A program made the translations under genes and the position numbers. From contig JAHDCC010000001.1 in NCBI GenBank assembly GCA_020630065.1, forward strand, positions 111,566-175,565: a stretch of 64,000 bases of DNA. The letters run 5' to 3'. Below the pieces are notes generated by a model that saw only the letters and a list, made by a program, of their open reading frames with translations, searched no databases and was not told where the DNA came from. Positions 28,895 through 37,975 of the stretch are shown here, in pieces (within the stretch, counting starts at the first letter, position 1; each line of letters starts with the position of its first letter). This DNA is from Acidimicrobiales bacterium. GTDB lineage: Bacteria; Actinomycetota; Acidimicrobiia; Acidimicrobiales; SZUA-35.

Positions 28895-29424
28895 TTGGCG
28901 ACGTTCTGTCGGATGGTTTCGTACAAGGCGACCGAAGCGGCGTGGGCTACGTTGAGAGACCCCACTTTGCCTAGCTGAGGTATAAATCCCACGTGGTCGA
29001 CCAGCGATAACGTTGATTTTGATACGCCGCGCTCCTCGTGCCCAAGAACCAGACACGTTGGTCGTGTAAGGTCAAGTTCGAATAGTGGGGTAGCGTCACT
29101 GGCAAGTTCTATCGCTACGGTAACGAACCCGGCAGAGGAGGCGGCCGTGAGCGCTTCGGTTGAGGTTTCGACGTGAGACCATTCGATCAGGCGGTCACAG
29201 CCCAACGCCGTTTTTGACACCTTGGGGTCGGACATTTGTGGGCTGGGAGGTACCAGCCATACGTGCTCTGCTCGATACGCTGCGGCTGATCGGGCAATGG
29301 AACCGACATTGTATGGTTTCTGGACACCGTCGAGAATAAGCGAGATCCGAGCGTCGGTCGACCGACGCCACTGTCGATGGAGACGTTTTAGCTCGGTCGG
29401 AGTGAGCGACTTTGGAGGGTTCAT
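28891..29424 (-). CDS. SpoU/TrmH-family RNA 2'-O-methyltransferase
   Basis: LILDGVQKPYNVGSIARSAAA, LVLGHEERGV and GSLNVAHAASVALYE motifs. Confidence 0.8.
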   Translation of the reverse strand: MNPPKSLTPTELKRLHRQWRRSTDARISLILDGVQKPYNVGSIARSAAAYRAEHVWLVPPSPQMSDPKVSKTALGCDRLIEWSHVETSTEALTAASSAGFVTVAIELASDATPLFELDLTRPTCLVLGHEERGVSKSTLSLVDHVGFIPQLGKVGSLNVAHAASVALYETIRQNVAN

Positions 29425-30086
29425 CGGTCAGCTGATCCTTTATTTGCTTTTGTTTGTCGAGCATTAATAGCTAGTAGGCGGTAGGCCTTTTGTGATCGGT
29501 AGCGGTCGGTTCTGAAGCCATTGGTATTCAACCAACGCTGGAGACTGTCAGCACCTAAGTGTTTCTGCACGACCATATTGGCGGTTCCATTGTCGGTTAG
29601 CTTTGGAAGCCAACGAAGCAGTAGCTGATGAAGAGCTTGTTTGCCGATCCTGATTGGAGGATTGGACCAGATTTGGCTGAAAACGATATCTTCGGGAACC
29701 TCATCAGGGGTAACCACGTTGATGTTCGCCAGGTTTGCATTGGCTGCGTTGAGCTGACAAAGGTCTCGAGCCCTGGAATTGATTTCGATCGCCCACACGG
29801 TTGTTTCAGGGTTTCGAGCAGCCAACGTCAAGGCGATCGGTCCATAACCGGCACCGATATCGGCCAGGTCACTACCAGGTTCGGGGGTTTGCTGGCTGGC
29901 CGGGGGGTCGGTTAACAACAAGAGCTTGGTGCCTACATCCACCTGATCACGAGAAAAGACGCCTCGGTCTGTCCGTAATGTGAACGAAAGATCCGGCAAT
30001 AGCAGGTCGACTGAACCTTCATCCGACGGTTTCTCGGGATCCGAATCAAAGTAGTGGGACGCTTCGGTTGCAGGTGGCACGTTCAA
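29421..30086 (-). CDS. Class I SAM-dependent methyltransferase (RsmC/RlmG-like small-domain type)
   Basis: DIGAGYGPIAL motif I and the NPPIR substrate motif. The stop overlaps the downstream gene's start. Confidence 0.75.
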   Translation of the reverse strand: MNVPPATEASHYFDSDPEKPSDEGSVDLLLPDLSFTLRTDRGVFSRDQVDVGTKLLLLTDPPASQQTPEPGSDLADIGAGYGPIALTLAARNPETTVWAIEINSRARDLCQLNAANANLANINVVTPDEVPEDIVFSQIWSNPPIRIGKQALHQLLLRWLPKLTDNGTANMVVQKHLGADSLQRWLNTNGFRTDRYRSQKAYRLLAINARQTKANKGSADR

Positions 30087-30104
30087 TGACGGTAACCTAA
30101 AACT

Positions 30105-30665
30105 ATGTCATCTCCCTACACCATCCGAGTCTTTGGCGATCCGGTTCTTCGCAAGGTAGCCGAAGATATCGATGACATCGACGGCAAGTTAGTAAAATTG
30201 GCTGACGACATGTTGGACACAATGTACGCCGAGCCTGGCATAGGCTTGGCGGCGCCCCAGGTCGGTGTGCAGCGGCGGCTTTTTGTGTATGACGTCGGTG
30301 ATGGTCCAAATACGCTGGTTAATCCTGTCATCTCGGAATCTGACGGTGAATGGGAATTCGAAGAAGGATGCCTTTCGGTTCCTGATTTGTCGTGGAACAT
30401 AGTCCGACCGAAACAGATTCATTTGACCGGCTACGATTTGGACGGGCGCGAAGTTTCGATTGAAGCCGATGAACTTCTGGCGAGGTTGTTTCAACACGAA
30501 CTCGACCATTTAGACGGTGTCCTACTGCTCGATCGGCTTGATGATGAAACACGCAAACAGGCCATGAAAACCCTTCGGGAGCGGGCAGAGCAGCTGAACC
30601 AAATTCAAGTATCTGCTGACCTCGGGTTCACGCCTCAAAGTTCCGGTGGTTTGTCGCTTCCGTAG
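30105..30665 (+). CDS. def: Peptide deformylase
   Basis: GIGLAAPQVG, EGCLSVP and HELDHLDG motifs. Confidence 0.93.
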   Translation: MSSPYTIRVFGDPVLRKVAEDIDDIDGKLVKLADDMLDTMYAEPGIGLAAPQVGVQRRLFVYDVGDGPNTLVNPVISESDGEWEFEEGCLSVPDLSWNIVRPKQIHLTGYDLDGREVSIEADELLARLFQHELDHLDGVLLLDRLDDETRKQAMKTLRERAEQLNQIQVSADLGFTPQSSGGLSLP

Positions 30666-30719
30666 CCATCGTTGTTGAAAACCAGAAGTGTCGTGGGTTG
30701 TTGATAGATTCAGCTATCG

Positions 30720-31622
30720 ATGGCTACAGAACTTGCGTCACCCGATCACCCCGTTACGTCGATTGTCTATTGCGGCACGCCTGAAGTTGCGGTTCCTCCG
30801 CTACAGGCGTTGCATACTGCGGGGTTTGATATTCGTCTTGTTCTGACCGGCGAAGATAAACGGCGAGGACGAGGCTCGAAATCGTCGCCGTCGCCGGTCA
30901 AACGAGCGGCGGTTGTGCTTGGGTTGACGGTCTCTCACGATCCGTCGGATCTGGCTACCGTCGACGTTGACTTGGGTGTTGTCGTAGCCTACGGCCGTAT
31001 TATCAAGACGTCAGTGCTCAAACGAACACCGATGGTTAACCTGCATTTTTCTTTGTTGCCTCGTTGGCGAGGTGCCGCTCCGGTGGAACGGGCGATTCTG
31101 GCTGGTGATGCTGAGACTGGTGTTTGTGTGATGGCTGTTGCCCCGAAGCTTGATAGTGGCGGAATTTATCGACAACAGATAGTACCGATCGACCCTTCAG
31201 TGACGTTAGATGAGCTTCGAGCAGGCTTGGTCGAAACGGGTTCTGCGCTGCTGGTTAATGCCTTGCAGACAGGACTTGGCGATCCGGTCGCTCAGGAAGG
31301 CGAAATAACGTACGCCGAAAAAATGGATCCGGCCGAATATGAACTCGACTTCGGTCGATCCGCGATCGAGGCACATCGTATGGTTCGGCTAGGTTCGGCC
31401 TGGACAACATTTAGAGGTAAACGTCTAAAAGTGTTGGCTACTGATGTTATGGACTCTTCCGTCGAAGATGGATCTGAACCGGGTGCCTTCGATGGAGAAG
31501 CGATTGTGACGCCTACAGGTCGTCTTCAACTTGTGACTGTGCAACCGGCAGGTAAAAAGGTCATGGAAGCTAAGGCTTGGTTTAACGGCGTGCAGCCAAA
31601 GGTGGGCGAACGATTTGGCTAA
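30720..31622 (+). CDS. fmt: Methionyl-tRNA formyltransferase
   Basis: VNLHFSLLPRWRGAAPVERAI and the C-terminal formyltransferase domain. Confidence 0.92.
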   Translation: MATELASPDHPVTSIVYCGTPEVAVPPLQALHTAGFDIRLVLTGEDKRRGRGSKSSPSPVKRAAVVLGLTVSHDPSDLATVDVDLGVVVAYGRIIKTSVLKRTPMVNLHFSLLPRWRGAAPVERAILAGDAETGVCVMAVAPKLDSGGIYRQQIVPIDPSVTLDELRAGLVETGSALLVNALQTGLGDPVAQEGEITYAEKMDPAEYELDFGRSAIEAHRMVRLGSAWTTFRGKRLKVLATDVMDSSVEDGSEPGAFDGEAIVTPTGRLQLVTVQPAGKKVMEAKAWFNGVQPKVGERFG

Positions 31623-32856
31623 AAAGAAGACTTCAAAGAAGAAGGCAAGCTCGGTAGGCGGTAACGACAAGTCGGGGGTAGCAGCTCGTCGAGTTGCGCT
31701 CACGGCTCTGCTGCGAATCGAGAAAGACGGAGCCTATTCGAATCTCGTTCTTCCAGAAATTTTAGATCGTAGTGATCTAAGCTCTGAAGATAAGCGTTTT
31801 GTCACCGAAATGGTCTATGGAACGACGCGTATGCGAAGGGCTTGTGACTTCTTGGTAGACCGGTACTTGCTTGGCGAAGCTGATCACCAAGTCAGGTCAG
31901 CTTTGCGCCTTGGCGCATACCAACTCTACTTTATGAGAACTCCGGCGCATGCCGCGGTTGACGCAACGGTTAGCGCAGTTAAGGGTCGTGGTGGTTCGTT
32001 GGTCAACGCGGTGCTTCGTAAAGTGGCGGCCGAAAACAATGTTGTGCTCCCATCATTAGGTGTTGAACTTAGCTATCCCGATTGGATTGTCGATCTACTT
32101 ATTTCGGATCTGGGCAAAGACGACGCTCATGCCTCGTTGCGGGCGATGAACGAGCCCGCTTCTACTTCGATCCGCGACGACGGTTACGTCCAGGACCCGG
32201 CCTCCCAACAGGTTGTTGAAATCGTCGATGCGCGACCAGGTGAATTGATCGTTGACCTGTGTGCCGCACCTGGAGGCAAAGCGACGGGACTTGCCGCATC
32301 CGGTGCGTTTGTGGTCGCTTCGGACCTCCGAAAAAACCGGAGTCGTCTCATAGCTCGTAACGTCGCCAAACTCGATTCTGATGTGCAACCGTTGAACGCT
32401 GATGGTACAAAACCACCGTTTCGTCGTGCTTGCGTTGACAAAGTGTTGATCGACGCACCGTGTTCTGGTTTAGGTAGTCTCCGTCGCCGAGCTGATGCCC
32501 GTTGGCGTATCGACGAGCAGGCGCCTAAGCGTTTGGCAGCACTCCAAACCGATTTGGTGTTGGCCGGCCTCGAGCTGTTACGTCCGGGCGGGGTTTTAAC
32601 ATATAGCGTCTGCACGCTGGCTTTGGTCGAGGGGGCTGGTGTGTTGCGGCAAGTGATGGCCAACCACACGGGACTAGAGATTGTTACCTCTGTTCCGGAG
32701 AGTTGGCAGGTAACGGAGGGAGTCGGGCGTCTTCTTCCGGCTGAAACTGATGGGATGATGCTTTGGCAAGTCCGGGTTCGCCCTGATGTTACTGCCCCTC
32801 TGCCTTTGGAAGCCACACAACCGGAGACCTACGAGATCATTAAATGTTGGACTTGA
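31615..32856 (+). CDS. rsmB: 16S rRNA (cytosine-C5) methyltransferase RsmB/Sun family
   Basis: NusB-like N-domain, DLCAAPGGKAT, DAPCSGLGSLRR and YSVCT motifs. Confidence 0.88.
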   Translation: MAKKKTSKKKASSVGGNDKSGVAARRVALTALLRIEKDGAYSNLVLPEILDRSDLSSEDKRFVTEMVYGTTRMRRACDFLVDRYLLGEADHQVRSALRLGAYQLYFMRTPAHAAVDATVSAVKGRGGSLVNAVLRKVAAENNVVLPSLGVELSYPDWIVDLLISDLGKDDAHASLRAMNEPASTSIRDDGYVQDPASQQVVEIVDARPGELIVDLCAAPGGKATGLAASGAFVVASDLRKNRSRLIARNVAKLDSDVQPLNADGTKPPFRRACVDKVLIDAPCSGLGSLRRRADARWRIDEQAPKRLAALQTDLVLAGLELLRPGGVLTYSVCTLALVEGAGVLRQVMANHTGLEIVTSVPESWQVTEGVGRLLPAETDGMMLWQVRVRPDVTAPLPLEATQPETYEIIKCWT

Positions 32857-32931
32857 ACTAGCGGCTCGTAGTTACACATTGATATCGGCTGATGGATTAC
32901 TACTCAAGCTCTTTGTTGGTTCGACCGAAAC

Positions 32932-32959
32932 CAATAATGTTATAAATCTAACATTATTG
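32932..32959. promoter_or_regulatory. Perfect 11-bp-arm inverted repeat CAATAATGTTA-TAAATC-TAACATTATTG (candidate operator or leader hairpin)
   Basis: Read directly. It is AT-rich, centred on a TATAAAT -10-like sequence, and ends 25 nt upstream of the ATG of the binding-protein gene. Confidence 0.4.
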
Positions 32960-32984
32960 ATGTGAACTCGAGAGGACATAGCAG

Positions 32985-34055
32985 ATGAGACGTGGTCGAG
33001 CTAGAACTGGTCTGACAACCTTGGGCGCGGCACATCGTCGTCGGTCGGTAATCATGGTGGCTGTAATCTCGGTACTGTCCTTGGTCGCTTCCTCCTGTGG
33101 GGGCAGCTCATCTGCGGATCCTGCTGTCGAAGCTTCTGGGTCTTCCGATCAAGAGTTCGCGACGGTGGTAAAGATCGATGGCATCTCTTGGTTTGATCGG
33201 ATGGAGATCGGCGTTTCCGACTTTGAACAAGACAATACTGGGTTGCTGGCTTACCAGGAAGGCCCGGCCGAGGCTAACGCTGAGCAGCAAGTCGAAGTTT
33301 TAGAGAACTTGATCGCTAAGAAAGTTGATGTTATCAACATCGTGCCGTTTGATCTCGACTCGGTCGAACCAGTACTCGAACGGGCCCGATCCGAGGGTAT
33401 TGTCGTGATTTCGCACGAAGCTCCGAGCGTCATAAACGTCGATTGGGATATTGAGGCGTTTGACAACGAGGCGTATGGGCAGCATCTGATGGATCTTCTC
33501 GCCGAGGACATGGGTGAAGAGGGTGAGTACGCAGTGATGGTCGGAAGCGTAACCTCTGAGTCCCATAACCAGTGGGTTGACGCTGCAGTTGAGCATCAGA
33601 AAGCCACGTACCCCAAGATGAAACTTGTCGGTGGTAAGAGCGAATCGCGAGATACCGAAGAAGGCGCATATGAGAGCGCTAAAGATCTGTTGGAAACATA
33701 CCCGAATCTTCGGGGTTTCCAGGGTTCGGCCGCCAACGATGTCATCGGCTTTGGTCGAGCTGTTGAAGAATCTGGGCTCGAGGATCGGATTTCGGTTGTT
33801 GGGACAGGAGTTCCCTCAGATGCTGACGAGTTATTGGGTTCTGGAGCCGTCGACGTTATCTCGTTCTGGGACCCGGCTCTTGCCGGCTACGCCATGAACA
33901 CGGTCGCTAAGTTAGTGATTGATGGCGCTGAGGTGTCCGACGGAATGGACTTGGGCCTCGAAGGGTACGAGAGTGTAGCGGTTGAGGGCAAAGTGATTAC
34001 CGGAACTGCTTGGATTGACGCCACGGCTGAGAACGTTTCTAACTACGATTTCTAA
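32985..34055 (+). CDS. Sugar ABC transporter substrate-binding lipoprotein (CUT2 / periplasmic-binding-protein type 1)
   Basis: R-rich signal peptide ending in the lipobox-like LVASSC. The mature part has the RbsB/LsrB/RhaS-like pattern (KVDVINIVPFD, GIVVISHEA). Confidence 0.8.
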   Translation: MRRGRARTGLTTLGAAHRRRSVIMVAVISVLSLVASSCGGSSSADPAVEASGSSDQEFATVVKIDGISWFDRMEIGVSDFEQDNTGLLAYQEGPAEANAEQQVEVLENLIAKKVDVINIVPFDLDSVEPVLERARSEGIVVISHEAPSVINVDWDIEAFDNEAYGQHLMDLLAEDMGEEGEYAVMVGSVTSESHNQWVDAAVEHQKATYPKMKLVGGKSESRDTEEGAYESAKDLLETYPNLRGFQGSAANDVIGFGRAVEESGLEDRISVVGTGVPSDADELLGSGAVDVISFWDPALAGYAMNTVAKLVIDGAEVSDGMDLGLEGYESVAVEGKVITGTAWIDATAENVSNYDF

Positions 34056-34098
34056 ACCGAGGAGTTGGCATTGCTCCGGCCCTCTCGAAACAGCGTTT

Positions 34099-34881
34099 CT
34101 ATGCTGGGGCTGGAGTCGCTGACGCTCGTGCCCGCCTAGGGGGTCTGGTGATTCGTTGTCTAATGCCGGGAATACGGGCGATGAACCCGAGCACTATCGC
34201 CAATGCTCCGGGCCCAAAGTCCGGGACAAGTATGACATGAAGTAAAAGGGCAAACGCTACCAAGTACGTAGCCCTATGTAGAAGTCGCCATCTTTTCATT
34301 CCCAACTTTCGTTGCGACTTTCTGCTGCTCGTCAAGAATAGAGGCAACGATATAGCGATGGCGGCAGTTCCGGCGACGAGGAGCGGGCTCGAAAGTGATT
34401 GACCGATACCGCGTTCAAGTATGAACATCAGGAAATTGCTGGCCGCTAACACGAAGAAGACGATCCCTAGAAATTTGCGTACCCTGACTTGGCTTCTTCC
34501 GGTGATCCACTGGATTGGGGAACAGATAAACATCGCACCGAACGTGATCATCCCAGGGTTCTCGCCAGCATTCAGGCAGATTTCGATCATGGTTTCGGTA
34601 TCAATCAAACCCAATATTCTCGAGAATATCGTCGCCACAAGTACTAGAGGTGCCACTAATGCGGCAGCAATCACGGCCATTTGGGGCAACGAAAATCGCT
34701 TCCAACTAGGAACCCTTGTCGCCGTATGGCTATTCGGAAGTGGAGTTGGCTGATTCCGAATCGAGCTGTCGTATTGATTGGTGGAAGTGACTGTTGCGCT
34801 CACGTGATTGCCTTTCAGGTCGGCGTGTAAGTCTTCGATAAGATCCGTTTGTATTGTCCACAACGATGGCGACAGTGTCAT
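34099..34881 (-). CDS. Ferric-reductase-like (MsrQ/YedZ-like) transmembrane protein
   Basis: About 6 TM helices. KRWRLLHRATYLVAFALLLH resembles the heme-binding His-containing helices of the family. No MsrP partner gene is adjacent. Confidence 0.5.
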   Translation of the reverse strand: MTLSPSLWTIQTDLIEDLHADLKGNHVSATVTSTNQYDSSIRNQPTPLPNSHTATRVPSWKRFSLPQMAVIAAALVAPLVLVATIFSRILGLIDTETMIEICLNAGENPGMITFGAMFICSPIQWITGRSQVRVRKFLGIVFFVLAASNFLMFILERGIGQSLSSPLLVAGTAAIAISLPLFLTSSRKSQRKLGMKRWRLLHRATYLVAFALLLHVILVPDFGPGALAIVLGFIARIPGIRQRITRPPRRARASATPAPA

Positions 34882-35043
34882 CGTTCCTGCGGTGACATTC
34901 GTGTACTACGTTGGGTGTACGTTCCGTTTGCTGAGGAGGTGGCGTATCTTGTGGAGCGGGACAAGTTTGGTGCTTTGATGTGGTCTAGTCTTTCGATTGA
35001 GGTTGCTAACTGGGTGGGTGTTTTCTAAAGTTATAGAAGGTAG

Positions 35044-35060
35044 GTAAACGTTTACGTATT
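35044..35060. promoter_or_regulatory. LacI-family operator, copy 1 (GTAAACGTTTACGTATT; 12-bp perfect palindrome GTAAACGTTTAC)
   Basis: About 80 bp upstream of rbsK. The same 17-mer occurs at 37755-37771. The AACGTT core is typical of LacI/RbsR-type sites. Confidence 0.55.
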
Positions 35061-35125
35061 TTTGGTTTGGTGTCTCTAAATCGCTGGTAATGGTCGTATT
35101 ATGTATGGCCTGGAACGGGAAATGT

Positions 35126-36028
35126 ATGGCAAAGGTAGTTGTTATTGGTTCGTTCAACATGGACATTACGGTGTTTTCTGAACGGCTACCCAAGCCTGGC
35201 GAAACCGTTTTGGGTGGGCGGACCCTGCAGAGTCCAGGAGGAAAAGGCTCCAACCAAGCTATAGCGGCTGCCCGACTCGGAGCTGATGTTTCCTTTATCG
35301 GTTCGGTCGGTCGAGACGGGTTTGGTGAAGAAGCGCTAACAGTCCATGAACGTGAAGGCGTCAATACCCGGGGAGTCCATCTCGCGGACTGCTCAACGGG
35401 TGTTGCTCTCATCGTTGTTGACAGTGATGGCGAAAACCAGATAGCGGTGTCACCCGGAGCGAATCAAGAGGTCACGCCCGCAATCGTCGAACGCTCACGA
35501 TCGTTGATCGAGCAGGCTGACGTGATGATCGGGCAATTAGAGACATCGCCGGAAGCTTTCATGGCAGCTGCCAGCATCGCTCGGGCTACCTCAACGACAG
35601 TAGTTCTAAACCCGGCGCCAGCAGGAGAACTTCCTGATGAAATCTGGCGCCTCGTAGATATTGTCACGCCAAATCAGCACGAATTGGTGGAGCTATCTGC
35701 AGAGAAGAACGAGTCGACTGCTTCCAAGACGTTGCTGGCTAGGGGAGTAAAGAGCGTGTTGGTTACCCGTGGCGCTGCGGGCGTCGGGTTGGTGACTGCA
35801 GGCGGCCGGTCGGAAGATTTCGACGTTGTGCCCGCTGATGTTGTAGATACAACTGGAGCCGGCGACGCGTTCAATGCAGGTTTGGCTGTAGGCCTTGCGG
35901 AAGGCCTTGGTCTTGAAGACGCTACCCGGCTGGGGTTGCGAAACGGGGCTCACGCGGTGACCCGGGCTGGCGTGCTCGATAGTTTAGCGACTCGGTCGCA
36001 GCTCAATTCACGGTTTCCTGCTAGCTGA
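35126..36028 (+). CDS. rbsK: Ribokinase
   Basis: VVVIGSFNMDI, PGGKGSNQA and VVDTTGAGDAFNAG motifs. ATG 35126 is preferred over 35090. Confidence 0.88.
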   Translation: MAKVVVIGSFNMDITVFSERLPKPGETVLGGRTLQSPGGKGSNQAIAAARLGADVSFIGSVGRDGFGEEALTVHEREGVNTRGVHLADCSTGVALIVVDSDGENQIAVSPGANQEVTPAIVERSRSLIEQADVMIGQLETSPEAFMAAASIARATSTTVVLNPAPAGELPDEIWRLVDIVTPNQHELVELSAEKNESTASKTLLARGVKSVLVTRGAAGVGLVTAGGRSEDFDVVPADVVDTTGAGDAFNAGLAVGLAEGLGLEDATRLGLRNGAHAVTRAGVLDSLATRSQLNSRFPAS

Positions 36029-36064
36029 AGTTCGGTCCAACGTAAAATATCGAGAAGGAAAAAG

Positions 36065-36514
36065 ATGTTAAAGAATATTGATCCAGCCCTAAACGCAGAT
36101 GTGCTCAGGGCATTGCGGGCGATGGGGCATGGGGATGTTCTGGCTGTTACTGATTCAAACTTTCCATCAGAGTCGATTTCAAGCCACACGATCTCAAACA
36201 AGCCTCTGAACATTGGGAATGTGAGTTCTACGAGGGCGATTGAGGCAATTCTGTCGGTTTTCCCTTTGGATACTCCGCTAGGTTCATCGTTTGGCCGGAT
36301 GGAGGTGATCGGACTCCCTGACGAGATACCACCGGTCCAGCAGGAGGCGCAAGGTGTCCTGGACCGATTCGACCCCGACCATGGTCCGATGCATGCTATC
36401 GAACGGTGGGACTTCTACGAGAAGGCTAAAGAAGCGTTCTGCATTATTTCGACTGGTGAGACGCGTCTTTACGGTTGTTTTCTTTTGACCAAGGGCATAA
36501 TCCGTCCTGGTTGA
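36065..36514 (+). CDS. RbsD/FucU family sugar mutarotase (D-ribose pyranase-like)
   Basis: MLKNIDPALNADVLRALRAMGHGDVLAVTDSNFP is the characteristic N-terminus of the RbsD/FucU family. Confidence 0.8.
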   Translation: MLKNIDPALNADVLRALRAMGHGDVLAVTDSNFPSESISSHTISNKPLNIGNVSSTRAIEAILSVFPLDTPLGSSFGRMEVIGLPDEIPPVQQEAQGVLDRFDPDHGPMHAIERWDFYEKAKEAFCIISTGETRLYGCFLLTKGIIRPG

Positions 36515-36617
36515 TGTGAAGTCTCGAAGCGTCCTGAGGGTTGCAGCCCTGTCAGGTTGGTCATAATCTTGTATCCTGCGCAAGCGCGTTGCATGTGCAT
36601 GGGAGAGGGAACACGAC

Positions 36618-37613
36618 ATGGCTTCAATCCGTGACGTAGCAGAACACGCAGGTGTGTCGATCGCAACGGTATCTCACGTGCTGAACGGCACGAGAAAAGT
36701 TGCCGACTCGACTCGCAAACAGGTCGAAGAGGCCTTTGTGGTTCTGAACTACAGGCCCAACCGGATTGCCCGCAGTCTTCGTACATCGGTTAACCACACG
36801 ATTGGCATGGTGATCCCGGACCACGCTAACCCTTTCTTTGCGGAGACGGCGAGAGGGGTCGAAGATGCCGCATTCGAGAAAGGGTACGGTGTCTTGTTGT
36901 GTAATTCGGACGGGAGCGTCGATAAAGAAAACCGGTACGGTGAGTCTCTTATCGAGAGTATGGTCAGCGGAGTTGTACTCATCTCAACCGGACTAACGAG
37001 CAAGTTGGTTGATGAGATGCAGCGCCGGAACATCCCGGTTGTTGTCGTCGATCGAGAGTTGCCCCGCACCGATGTCGATGCGGTACTTCCTGAGCACTTC
37101 GATGGGGCCGTTGCTGCCACGGAGCTGTTATTGCAACTGGGGCATACTCGAATTGGATGTATTTCGAGTGCGGCTGGTGTTCTTGCCGCTGACGAACGGC
37201 TTCGCGGTTTTCGACAAGCGATGTCGGGGGCTGGTGCCACCGAAATGGTAGTCGAGGGAGACTTTCAGTACGAAGGTGGATATCTGGCTGCGCAGCAAAT
37301 CCTACGGTCTTCTGCGCCGCCGACCGCGATATTTGCCTGCAATGACCTTATGGCCATTGGTGCCCTCCGGGTCGCCAAGGAGGAAGGCCTTGATGTCCCC
37401 GGCGACCTTTCGATTGTTGGGTTTGATAATATCGCTGCTGCCCGGTTCACGAATCCTGCACTAACGACGGTCGCTCAACCCGTCCAACAAATCGGTTCTC
37501 TTGCTACCGAACTTCTGATTAGGCGTATCGGTGATCCGTCGTTGCCGACCGAGCGTCGAACAGTGACCACTGAGTTGGTTGAGCGTGAATCGACCGGCTC
37601 GGTTCCTCAATAG
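36618..37613 (+). CDS. LacI-family transcriptional regulator
   Basis: HTH IRDVAEHAGVSIATVSHVLNG, YRPNRIARSLR, and a periplasmic-binding-like effector domain. Confidence 0.9.
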   Translation: MASIRDVAEHAGVSIATVSHVLNGTRKVADSTRKQVEEAFVVLNYRPNRIARSLRTSVNHTIGMVIPDHANPFFAETARGVEDAAFEKGYGVLLCNSDGSVDKENRYGESLIESMVSGVVLISTGLTSKLVDEMQRRNIPVVVVDRELPRTDVDAVLPEHFDGAVAATELLLQLGHTRIGCISSAAGVLAADERLRGFRQAMSGAGATEMVVEGDFQYEGGYLAAQQILRSSAPPTAIFACNDLMAIGALRVAKEEGLDVPGDLSIVGFDNIAAARFTNPALTTVAQPVQQIGSLATELLIRRIGDPSLPTERRTVTTELVERESTGSVPQ

Positions 37614-37752
37614 GTCGTTAGCGGAATCTTGGTTTCGCCGGGTTGCTGTAACGGTTGAATCGAGTCTTGAGCCGCTAGAAATCTGGATTGTTCGTTTCTA
37701 GCTGAGCGAGCGGCGGTGTTTCTTTGTCTACTAAACGGGCGAATATTCCTTG

Positions 37753-37768
37753 ACGTAAACGTTTACGT
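37753..37768. promoter_or_regulatory. LacI-family operator, copy 2 (16-bp perfect palindrome ACGTAAACGTTTACGT) inside a promoter-like element
   Basis: It lies between TTGACG (37750-37755) and TACTTT (37773-37778), which are 17 nt apart. The site is about 200 bp upstream of the permease gene. Confidence 0.55.
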
Positions 37769-37975
37769 ATTGTACTTTGGATGATACTGTGACTGAGGTC
37801 AACAGTGAACCCTGTTCTAGGTCGATACGTCGGGTTGGAATATTGTTCGCCAACATGACACAGCTACCTGATGGGTTTCAGGCTTGTACCTCGAAAGGAA
37901 CGAAGTGGCGCGAACTTCTCATTTGACCAACTCGATACACACCAGTGATGGTCATTCAGACTGGATGGCAGCGTA

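Noticed and set aside
32184-32816. 210-aa minus-strand ORF inside rsmB
   Set aside because: It is antisense to a gene with clear SAM-methyltransferase motifs, and its composition is R/S/P/T-rich.
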